The notes below the pieces were generated by a model. That model saw only the letters and a list, made by a program, of their open reading frames with translations, had not been told where the DNA came from and did no database searches. A stretch of 64,000 nt of DNA from Leucoraja erinacea (lineage: Eukaryota), in NCBI RefSeq assembly GCF_028641065.1, contig NW_026576109.1:62001-126000 (forward strand), read 5' to 3'. The stretch's first letter is position 1; the number at the start of each line of letters is the position of its first letter. Position numbers and translations under genes: made by a program. Shown one piece after another: positions 53,765 to 64,000 of the stretch.

Positions 53765-54533
53765 GACCAATAGACATTTTTTTGCAAGCTTTAGAACCAA
53801 AAGAGGCACTTTTTGCAAACATTGTAGAACCAAAAAAGACACAATCTGCAAGCATTGTAGAACCAAAAGAGACACTTTTTGCAAATATTTTAGAACCAAT
53901 AGACACCTTTTGCAAGCATTTAGAACCAATAGACACTTTTACAAGCTTTAGAAACAATAGACATTTTTTTGCAAGCTTTAGAACCAATAGACATTTTTTT
54001 GCAAGCATTTTAGAACATATAGACTTTTTTTGCAAGTACTTTAGAACCAAAAAGACACACTCTGCAAGCATTATAGAACGAAAAGAGATACTTTTCGCAA
54101 ACATTTTATAACCGATAGACCCTTTTTGCAAGCATTTTGGAAACAATAGACACTTTTTGCAAGCTTTAGAACCAATAGACACTTTTTGCAAGCTTTCGAA
54201 CCAATATACATTTTTTGCAAGCATTAGAACCAATAGTCATTTTTACAAGCTTTCGAACCATTAGACATGTTTTTTTGCAAGCATTAGAACCAATATACAT
54301 TTTTTGCATGCATTTTAGACCCAATAGTCACTTTTTTTGCAAGCTTCAGAACCAATAGACATTTTTTGCAAGCTTTAGAACCAATAGACTTTTTTTTTGC
54401 AAGCTTTAGAACCAATAGACATTTTTTGCAAGCTTTAGAGCCAATAGACATTTTTTGCAAGCTTTAAAACCAATAGACACTTTTTGCAAGCTTTAGAACC
54501 AATAGACACTTTTTGCAAGCATTTAAGAACCAC
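53765..54533. repeat. About 29-31-bp minisatellite (TTAGAACCAATAGACACTTTTTGCAAGC) inside a Helitron-like element
   Basis: Roughly 25 degenerate tandem units. Confidence 0.9.
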
Positions 54534-54874
54534 TAAGGGCACTCACATTTCAGTAGACATGTGGTCAGTGTTATTCACAGTTCAGAGAAACGTAACCCTC
54601 TGCCTTCCTCCATCTTGAAGAGTGAGTGAGGCACGCCACTTCCTCGTTTTATAGTCCCTCTGCTGCCAGCGGGGGCAGCAGAGAGAATGGGGAATTTTGT
54701 AAAAACATTAATATCTCTGTCATTGTTCATCGACGGGAAAGATCCTCGGCACACATGCGGCGGAGGGGTGCTCTGAGCAAGGTGGCCAAAATGACGGCCG
54801 TAGGTGGCGGCGTTTTCTCGGAAATCGCAGCACAGACGGCCAAAAGCAGTCAAGAACAGAGATTTAGTAATATA

Positions 54875-57473
54875 CTAGACCAAGTGCAGACCCGTTGGGT
54901 CTGCTCCCCAAATGTTGTGATCCCCCAACCCAATATTCCACCATGCACCCGTCTCCTCCAATGGAACTGAAGCCGTTCTCAAAAGTAAGATTCCAGCACT
55001 GCCCTGCCTCCCTCAGCAGTGGATTAAAAAACAATCCAATGGCACCTACTCTGCCTGCTGCAGCAGTTAAAAGTTCAGAGTGTTCCTGTCTTGCAACTTT
55101 GTTTCGAAGTGCGTTGGAAGCTGACATGTAAATGGAGAAGCCAGTTTATTCTTGAAATACTTGGGGGTGGGGGCGAGTAGGATTTGATTAAAAACGTGTA
55201 CTTCAGCACGACGAAATGTAATGAGGGGCGGATACTTAGAAAGAAAAGCGAAATCTCTACCGAAATGGAAAAGATCTCGGAGATTGAGCGTCTGGATTGG
55301 GCGTGGCAATGAATCAAAGGAAGAAATGCAGCCGGCAGCCGTACATGCAAATGGATCCATTCCGATTGGACATCTGCGAGCATCGGCCATTCCGATTGGA
55401 CATCTGCGAGTTTCGGGCACGAATCAAAAGGCAGAAAGGGATCCGGACGGCAGCCGGANNNNNNNNNNNNNNNNNNNNNNNNNNNNNNNNNNNNNNNNNN
55501 NNNNNNNNNNNNNNNNNNNNNNNNNNNNNNNNNNNNNNNNNNNNNNNNNNNNNNNNNNNNNNNNNNNNNNNNNNNNNNNNNNNNNNNNNNNNNNNNNNNN
55601 NNNNNNNNNNNNNNNNNNNNNNNNNNNNNNNNNNNNNNNNNNNNNNNNNNNNNNNNNNNNNNNNNNNNNNNNNNNNNNNNNNNNNNNNNNNNNNNNNNNN
55701 NNNNNNNNNNNNNNNNNNNNNNNNNNNNNNNNNNNNNNNNNNNNNNNNNNNNNNNNNNNNNNNNNNNNNNNNNNNNNNNNNNNNNNNNNNNNNNNNNNNN
55801 NNNNNNNNNNNNNNNNNNNNNNNNNNNNNNNNNNNNNCGATGGGTCCCATGTTCACACGGGAGGGCTGGCCTCCCAATGCAATATTCCACCTCTTCACCA
55901 ATTAATATATTGGTAGCCAGTGGGGGGGGGGGGGTTCTGGAGGGCTAGTATGGGTATTGTGGGCTGAAGGGACTGGTTGCAAGAGGGCTAGTATGGACAT
56001 TGTTGGCCAAATGGATTCTTGGGGTGACAGCTCAGTCACTCAAGCCTGATATGCTGGCAGATCACTCACGGCTGGAGGGCGAGCAGTTTCAAGCAGGGTT
56101 CATGGCTACCAAATTCAATTGCTGTTTCATACCACTTCAAGCAGGGTACAAGGCTACCACATTCAGGTGCAGTTTCCTACCACTTCAAGCAGGGTGCAGG
56201 GCCACCGAATTCAAGTGCAGTTTCCTACCACTTTAAGCAGGGTGCAGGGCCACCGAATTCAAGTGCAGTTTCCGACCACTTCAAGCAGGGTGCAAGGCCA
56301 CCAAATTCAAGTGCAGTTTCATACCACTTTAAGCAGGGTGCAGGGCCATGTAACTCAAGTTCAGTTTCCTACCATTTCAAACAGGGTGCAGGGCCACCAA
56401 ACTCAAGTGCAGTTTCCTACCACCAAGCAGGGTGCAGGGCCACCAAACTCAAGTGCAGTTTCATGCCACTTCAAGCAGGTTGCAAGGCCAACAAATGCAA
56501 GTGCTGTTTAATGCCATGTCAAGTAGGGTGCAAGGCCAACAAATTCAAATGCAGTTTCATACCATTTCAAGCAGGATGAAACCACCATAAAACCACCATA
56601 AAACCACCATAAAACACTACACTCACAGTTGAGTAGATATTCAGTGTGTTCAGTTGATTCACACCTCAGACAGAGTAGTGACCTCTCCCTCCCCCAACGT
56701 GCAGAGACAGAGCCACACCCATACTTCCAGGTTTTATTATCCCACCCCCTCCCAAAGGAAAGGGTGTGGCTTTCATGGCGTGATTGACAGGAGAGAGATT
56801 CTCAACATTTTTAAAAACTCTAAAAACACCTTTATTTTTAATTGATGGGAAGAATCATCTGCACCTGATATGCAGGGGACTGAGTAAGATGGCCAAAAAT
56901 CACAGCCGTAATTCGTAGCGTTTAATCTAAAATCAATCTACATTGCAAACAGGAAGTTGTCAAGTTACCACCACCAACAACCATTGCAGTGCAGCATTTC
57001 AAAGCAGTTACCACCACCAACAACCATTTGCAGTGCAACATTTCAAAGCAGTTGCCACCACCAACAACCATTTGCAGTGCAGCATTTCAAAGCAACCACA
57101 TTTTCATTTCCAAATCACATTAAGGGCACTCACAGTTGAATGGACACGTGTTAAGTGTTATTCACAGCTCAGAGAGACGTGACCCTCTCACTTCCTCAAT
57201 CTTGCAGAGACTGAGTGAGGGACATCACTTCCGGGTTTTATAGTCCCTCCCTCCTCCCACCAGCAGGGGCGGCAGAGAGAATGTCAACATTTAAAAAATA
57301 TTAATAACTCTTTTATTTTTCATCGATGGGAAAAAAATCGTCGTGTACTACGCAACGGAGCGGGACTCTGAGTAAGATGGATAGAAATCACAGCCGTAAG
57401 TGGCATTGTTTCTTCAAAAATCATGAAACAGGAAAACAGGAAGTGGTCAAGATCTTACTTTTAGTAATATAGA
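54875..57473 (-). mobile_element. Non-autonomous Helitron with internal minisatellites (contains an N gap)
   Basis: 5' TCTATATTACTAAAA at 57473. 3' hairpin GCAGACCC-AAC-GGGTCTGC, then ACTTGGTCTAG at 54875. An approx. 43-bp repeat at 56085-56575 and an approx. 32-bp repeat at 56965-57095. Confidence 0.72.
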
Positions 57474-57844
57474 TAGATACGGAAAACAGTAAATAGTTGT
57501 TTTGGAGTGTTGAACTTTGAGAGGGGACCATGTGACTTACCTTCACCTCACAATTTAGTCCTAAGGAAAGGCCTAGAGCTTCAGTAGTTTTATATGTCGA
57601 ATCATTTCATTGTTCGGAGTCGCAACCAATTATATTTTCAGATGTGATCAAATTATTGCGAGCGGATTGGATAATTGCAAGCGGCCTTAATTTTCATTTG
57701 GTGGATGGAAGCTGCAAGCTGATTGGATGCTTCATTCGAAGCCAGCAGCGACGCAATAATCAGCGAGGCCGGATATCGCATAGTATCTTCACTGCAAACA
57801 ATTTCAGAGTCAATCCTCTTTGTTCAGGACGGTCGCCGGCCGAC

Positions 57845-58379
57845 ATGTTCGCAGTTCTTGCTCATTTGTTTTATTTCGCTGTAGCTCTTTTCACAAGTAA
57901 GCTCGCAAAGTATACGGTTTCCCTTATCACGTGTCGCTGATATCGAAAACCTCCCCGCCGGCTACTTCGACTTTGATCTATCTCAGTTGAATATGTCCAA
58001 CCTCTCCTCGCGAATATTGGGCTGTATTAATTTAAAATACAAAAATGTTGATGTGTTTTTAAATTATTGCAGGTGTCGTTGCCATAGACTCAGTCTCACA
58101 GGAACCGGCTAACTTGACGCCGGTGGAAGGAGACTCGGCGAAAATTAACTGCAGGTATTCAACTACTGCTGATATGTATTCTTTGCATCTGTACCGTCAG
58201 AAACCGAACAGTGGTTTCACCTTCCTGATTCTCATCCCATCCTTCGGAAACATTTCCAGGGCACAAATTGTGGGTCCTCGAATTTCAGCGTCCCTCGACA
58301 CTTCGAGAGGCGAAAGTTCATTCACCCTGGCTGGAGTGGAGCTGACTGACGGAGCCGTATATCACTGCGTGCTGAGAGA
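57845..58379 (+). CDS. TCR alpha/delta-type V segment V5 (leader 57845-57896; V exon 58073-58379); conserved Trp replaced by Leu
   Basis: Leader MFAVLAHLFYFAVALFT. V exon DSVSQ..INCRY..HLYRQ..DGAVYHCVLRD. Confidence 0.9.
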
Positions 58380-58418
58380 CACGGTGCCACTATCCATGAG
58401 CGGCCTCGTACAAAAACT
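58380..58418 (+). promoter_or_regulatory. 23-RSS of V5
   Basis: CACGGTG + 23 bp + ACAAAAACT. Confidence 0.9.
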
Positions 58419-59309
58419 ATGCCGCCTCAGAAAAAACCCATCGCGAGAACGTTAGGATTAGATTGTGGTGGGTGGCAGGAGTGGGGAAATATTCGGCAAA
58501 CCTGCACCGAAACCACCAATGTTGCTCAGAGGGCAGACACCGTATGAACTAACGGCATGCCACCCAATATCTAGATAGAAATATTATGACCTCCCCAACA
58601 GTGACTGTATTTTCGATTCATTTGGAGGGAGTTTCCTCTGACAACATACGAATGGAAGTTAATGCGATGTTTCAGTGGATGGTGCATATAATAAAGTTAC
58701 ATGTTGGAAATCGATCAGGTACTATAGGGGACGATAGGATACGATCAGCCATGATCACAATGAATGGCTGTGCTGGGTCGAAGGGCCGAATGGCCTCCTC
58801 CTGCAACTAATTTCTGTGTTTCTATGTTTCTAAAAGGGAACATATTGACAATATTCACAATTCTGTATATCTGGAAAGGTAAAAGGGAACGGACCTGGAA
58901 TGTTGTGGTTTGGGTACTGCAGATTAGTGTACAGGATTTAATCTTCAGTGTTCGGAGGTGTGAGCAGAATGGTCGGTTGGTTGGTCACTGCTGCGCTGAG
59001 CGGAATGACATTCTTAGGCGTCGGCAGTTTGTGTGTCTTCGCGCTGAGAGCGATTTCTAACGTCACACCTCCGAAGGCGCCCTCTGGTGTTAACTCAGGG
59101 GATTCTCAAATTACTTTCCATCGGCTGCTGTGTCTGAGCTGTGTACCTTAGATCTTAAAACAGGGCGGTCGCAATGTTATCGAATGGCTCAACGTCAGAA
59201 CGGTTCCAAAGAATGGAATAGGAGTGGAACACTTTGGTCGCAGCAGTTTTACGCACCCTGGTTTACGCCACACCTGGATTGGAATTGTGGGCGCCCCATT
59301 ACACGAATG

Positions 59310-59995
59310 ATAGAAACATAGAAACATAGAAACATAGAAAATAGGTGCAGGAGTAGGCCATTCGGCCCTTCGAGCTTGCACCGCCATTCAATATGATCAT
59401 GGCTGATCATCCAACTCAGAATCCCATACCTGCCTGATATAACCATATAACCATATAACAATTACAGCACGGAAACAGGCCATCTCGGCCCTACAAGTCC
59501 GTGCCGAACAATTTTTTTTTCCCCTTAGTCCCACCTGTCTGCACTCATACCATAACCCTCCATTCCCTTCTCATCCATATGCCTATCCAATTTATTTTTA
59601 AATGATACCAATGAACCTGCCTCCACCACTTCCACTGGAAGCTCATTCCACACCGCTACCACTCTCTAACTAAAGAATGATGCTCTTTAGCTGATCTGAT
59701 CCCTTTAGCCACAAGGGCAACATCTAACTCCCTCTAAATATAGCCAATGAACTGGCCTCAACTACCTTCTGTGGCACATAATTCCACAGACACACCACTA
59801 TCTGTGTAAAAAATATTTCTCATGTCGGTCCTAAAAGATTTCCCCTTTATCCTTAAACTGTGACCCCCTTGTTCTGGACTTCCCCAACATCGGGAACAAT
59901 CTTCCTGCATCTAGCCTGTCCAACCCCTTAAGAATTCTGTAAGTTTCTATAAGATCCCCCCTCAATCTTCTAAATTCTAACGAGTACAAGCCGAT
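59310..59995 (-). mobile_element. CR1 3' fragment with a second CR1 subfamily nested in it
   Basis: CTATGTTT-tail copy interrupted at 59437-59675 by a TTATATGG-tail copy. Confidence 0.8.
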
Positions 59996-60559
59996 GCTTA
60001 GGCTTTGGAGAGCAGGCTGGACGTTTAGCAGAATATTGTCCGGATTGCAGATTATTACACATTAGAAGCAGTTGAGCAAACGTGGATTGTTCCTACTGTA
60101 GCCTCGGGGAAAGCGTAGAAATCGTTTTCCCTCAGCCGGATAGGGACATCCAAGATTATAAGGCATTGCTTTGATACAATAAAAACTAAGTTTAAAATAT
60201 GCGCGGCAGAAGTATTTTACACAATGTTTTCAAGAAGGAACTGCAGATGCTGGAAGATCGAAGGTAGACAAAAATGCTGGAGAAACTCAGCGGGTGCAGC
60301 AGCATCTATGGGGCGAAGGAAATAGGCGACGTTTCGGGCTGAAACCCTTCTTCAGACTGATGGGGTTTATGGGGCAGAAGGAAGGAAAAAGGGAGGAGGA
60401 TGAGCCCGAGGGCGGGGGGGGGGGGGGGGGGGGGGGGGGGAAGAAAGGTGAAGCGGGAAGAAGTGTCCCGACAGCAAACGCGTCTCTCCATTCTTTCCAT
60501 ACTGCAGACCAATGGGGCCAAGCAGTGTTATCCAACCTTGTACTTTAATATCATATCGG

Positions 60560-61305
60560 ATTGTTCCCGATGTTGGAGAAGTCCAGGACAAGGGGTCACA
60601 GCTTAAGGATACGGGGGAAATCCTTTAAAAACCGAGATGAGAAGAACCTTTTTTTTCACACAGAGAGTGGTGAATCTCTGGAACTCTCTGCCACAGAGGG
60701 TAGTTGAGGCCAGTTCATTGGCTATATTTAAGAGGGAGTTAGATGTGTCCCTTGTGGCTAAGGGGATCAGGGGGTATGGAGAGAAGGCAGGTACGGGATA
60801 CTGAGTTGGATGATCAGCCATGATCATATTGAATGGCGGTGCAGGCTCGAAGGGCCGAATGACCTACTCCTGCACCTAATTTCTATGTGTCTATGTTCTA
60901 TGTACTCTAATGTGAGCATGGTGACTCCAATCACACGAATCTGGGGAGAGGTACAGGAGCATCAGCTGCAAAACCAGCAGGATTCTCCACAGTTTCTTCC
61001 CACAGGCAATAAGACTGATTAACGGACTGTGTCCCCTCCCCAAATATCGCTCACAAACACATGCATCCTCGTCCATACTTTGAAGCCACTGTCGGTCGGA
61101 ATGTCTGTTTTTATTCTATTGTAAAGTTTAGGCCTACTTTTTGTTTTAGCCATGGTAATTTTAATTTGGTTTTAAAGCCCTTTGTATTTATCCTTTTTTT
61201 TAATTAACGACACTGAATGAAAACTGGTCGAGGAACGTTTTTTCGTTTCCTCTGTGTATGCAAGTACTCAGTGAAAATTATATTAAATAAATACTGAATA
61301 CTGAA
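60560..61305 (+). mobile_element. CR1 3' end followed by a 3' fragment of the Rex1 family seen at 13475-16833
   Basis: GAGGTACAGGAGCATCAGCTGCAAAACCAGCAGGAT is shared with 16478-16513. Confidence 0.8.
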
Positions 61306-61689
61306 CACGTGATGAATAGGTTTCGTCGATTTGCAGCTGCATTTTCATCATAATAAACGCTAATGTGTTGTACGTCCATTGTGGACATTTGTGAACCAAA
61401 TTTCATATGCATCCCAGACATCTGCAGTCTGTAACTGTTCTAAATCCAGATTGACGACCCAAATCAAATGACTGAATAGCGCTGGTCTCAGTGCCACGTA
61501 CAACTGATGACCCAGGGGCCGGATCAGCCGTTAATTTGGCGGCTGAACATGACAGCCATGAACGTTTCCATGTACTGTACTGTTTGCCGGACTGCCGACT
61601 GCAGTCGTGCTAAGAATCCTCCTCCTCTCTGCCATTCTTTGTGTCGCAACCGCAGCCACAATATGATAAGTTACACAAGTTACACAATA

Positions 61690-62140
61690 TGATGAGTTAC
61701 AGAGAAAGGTTGAACAAGTTAGGTTTTTATTCTTTGAAGCGCAGAAGGTTAAGGGGGGACTTGATAGAGGTCTTTAAGATTATGAGAGGGATAGACATAG
61801 TTGACGTGGATAAGCTTCTTCCATTGAGAGTAGGGAAGGTTCAAACAAGAGGACATGATTTGAGAATTAAGGGACAGAGGTTTAGGGGTGACATGAGGGG
61901 GAACCTCTTTACTCAGAGAGTGGTAGCTGTGTGGAATGAGCTTCCAGTGGAAGTGGTGGAGGCAGGTTCGATTTTATCATTTAAAAATAAATTGGATAGG
62001 TATATGGACGGGAAAGGAATGGAGGGTTATGGTCTGAGTGCAGGTAGATGGGACAAGGTGAGAGTAAGTGTTCGGCACGGACCAGAAGGGTCGAGATGGC
62101 CTGTTTCCGTGCTGTAATTGTTATATGTTATATGTTATAT
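61690..62140 (+). mobile_element. CR1 3' fragment
   Basis: The C-terminal part of ORF 61641-62117 is the CR1 RT tail. Confidence 0.88.
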
Positions 62141-62311
62141 TTTAAGTGCTTACGTTTATCCACCAACCCTTTCAAATGCATCGTATTTGTGGCAGCAGAC
62201 GTATGTAGCTAGCAAATCCGAAATCATTCGTAATCAGTGAAACACGAAACGTACTCACAATTGGACAAGCGTTTACTCGCCAAAGCACTATCATCGTTAC
62301 ACTGTTCAAAG

Positions 62312-63254
62312 CAAAGATCCTATAGCAGAGCAAGATAGGCTACTCCTGCTAAATGCAATGGACTGACGTGTAGTACGCTATGGAGGGGATAATGGGCTTT
62401 TTCCACGCCCATTTTAGCAACCTGAGCCTACCTAACCCGACTCGACTCGCACTGTAATCAATGTTGCGGGGCAACAGTTTGTGTGGGTCAGATTCATAAA
62501 TCGTTCAGTTCAAACGTCTTGTCAAGAATAAAATTTGATCTGGTAATTGTCTTTTTTTAATGTTTTTTAAATCATTTCTTTTTAAATGGCTCACAAGCAG
62601 TGTTTGAGTTGATTTTGTAGTGACCGGAACCGACCCGACTCGCAGGATGATTGACAGGGGGGGGACTTTTTGTGCGTGATTATAGGGTTAGATTCATAAT
62701 TCTGTTAGTTCATAATTCTGTTGATTCTTGTTAAAGAAAAAATGTTTATAAACACACATACATGAAAATTATATAAATGTATATAACACACACAATTATA
62801 TGTCTTCTAATCCAATAATGAACTTTATTTCAGACTAGACAAGGGACATTAAATAAGAAACATTGTAAATAAGAAACATTGTAAACCTCCCTGCAACTTC
62901 ACACACACTAGGCCTTATCCCCCCCGGCACTCTCTCGCCTGCCCCCTCACTACAATGTCCCCCCTCCTATGCCCCTCTCCCCGCTGCCCCGGGCCCCGCT
63001 CTCTCCCTCTCTCTCCCCGCTGCCCCACACTCTCTCTCCCCGCTGCCCCGGACCCCGCACTCCTTCTCCCCGCTGCGGATCCAATCTTTGGCCGGAAGCA
63101 AGAAGGCGCGAACAAGAACGCGGAGCAAGATGGCGACCCAAGATGGCGGAGTCAGGTTGCTAAAATGTGTCCTATAATCACCCATGAATCCGCCCATGAG
63201 CGTACCTCACGTTTGCGTGAGAGTAACCCATCTTGCTCTGCTATAGGATCTTTG
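62312..63254. mobile_element. Non-autonomous DNA transposon, 25-bp perfect TIR and 8-bp TSD (P- or hAT-like)
   Basis: CAAAGATCCTATAGCAGAGCAAGAT ... ATCTTGCTCTGCTATAGGATCTTTG, with GTTCAAAG on both flanks. Confidence 0.88.
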
Positions 63255-64000
63255 GTTCAAAGTAAACAAATCTCTTGTCATAATTATTATTGCTGAACTT
63301 TGGGAATTACATTTCAGAATAGGGTACTGATGATGGGTATTCGGCGCCATAGCAGAAGCGTCCATGTCGCGGGGGTGGAAACTGGAATTATCCTGAGCTA
63401 ATTCTGTTACCACCGTCATCTATTGCGACATGTGAAGGCTTCCACATTGTCGCCGGAAGCTTGCGTCCTTTTCAGGACAGACGATGAGAGCGAGGCCAAC
63501 ATTTGTAACAAGATGGACACGAAAAGAAGAAGATGGATATTCGAAATGAAACACCATTTTTTAATATGAGTTCCACCGGGAATGAGGTTTAATTGTGCTT
63601 TTCAGTTCATTAATGCCATGTGATTAGAGTTTCAGCGGAAAGTCGTTTGCTTGCTTTCCAAACAAATCGGATAATACAATACATGCATACAATCAAGCCA
63701 AACTCAGGTACAATGGGTAGAAAATACAACCAAAAGAGTAAAGAGATGGTAACGAGATTGTCTCAGATGATGTGTTTAAGAAGGAACTACAGATGCTGGA
63801 AAATCGAAGGTACACACTAATGCTGGAGAAACTCAGCGGGTGCGGCAGCATCCACGGAGCGAAGGAGATAGGCAACGTTTCGGGCCGAAGAAGAATTCGA
63901 ATTTCGCGTCTGAGGAAGGGTTTCGGCCCGAAACGTTGCCTATCTCCTTCGCTCCATAGATGCTGCTGTACCCGCTGAGTTTCTCCAGCATTTGTGTGTA

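Noticed and set aside
53547-54233. 228-aa ORF and CRISPR-like periodicity
   Set aside because: It is a translation of a contiguous minisatellite with no unique spacers, in a eukaryotic context.
54660-57275. CTCF-like motifs inside the Helitrons (about 54664 and 57259)
   Set aside because: Each needs a one-base indel to fit the core, which is too weak without a PWM scan.
1-64000. D, J or C segments; IgH-type V segments
   Set aside because: I saw no FGxG motif with an upstream 12-RSS and no C1-set exon. The five V domains look TCR-like, although alpha versus delta cannot be decided from sequence alone.

Overview
Eukaryotic, repeat-rich vertebrate DNA, almost certainly a cartilaginous fish (skate/ray-like: HE1-type V-SINEs, abundant CR1/HER1 LINEs with CTATGTTT tails). 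There are six N gaps. The window is part of a T-cell receptor alpha/delta-type V array. It holds five V segments, each with a leader exon, a V exon and a 23-bp-spacer RSS, in mixed orientation (-,-,+,-,+). Interleaved with and next to them are three two-exon GPR139/GPR142-like class A GPCR genes. Each has a 70-nt first exon that the ORF track does not resolve. One gene is cut off by the window start and one has a mutated splice acceptor. The rest is transposon-derived: a near-intact Rex1/Babar LINE, a decayed L1, many CR1 and L2 fragments, Penelope ends with hammerhead-like motifs, Helitrons flanking one V, and MITEs or DNA elements with clear TIRs and TSDs. All family assignments come from motif recognition, not database searches.
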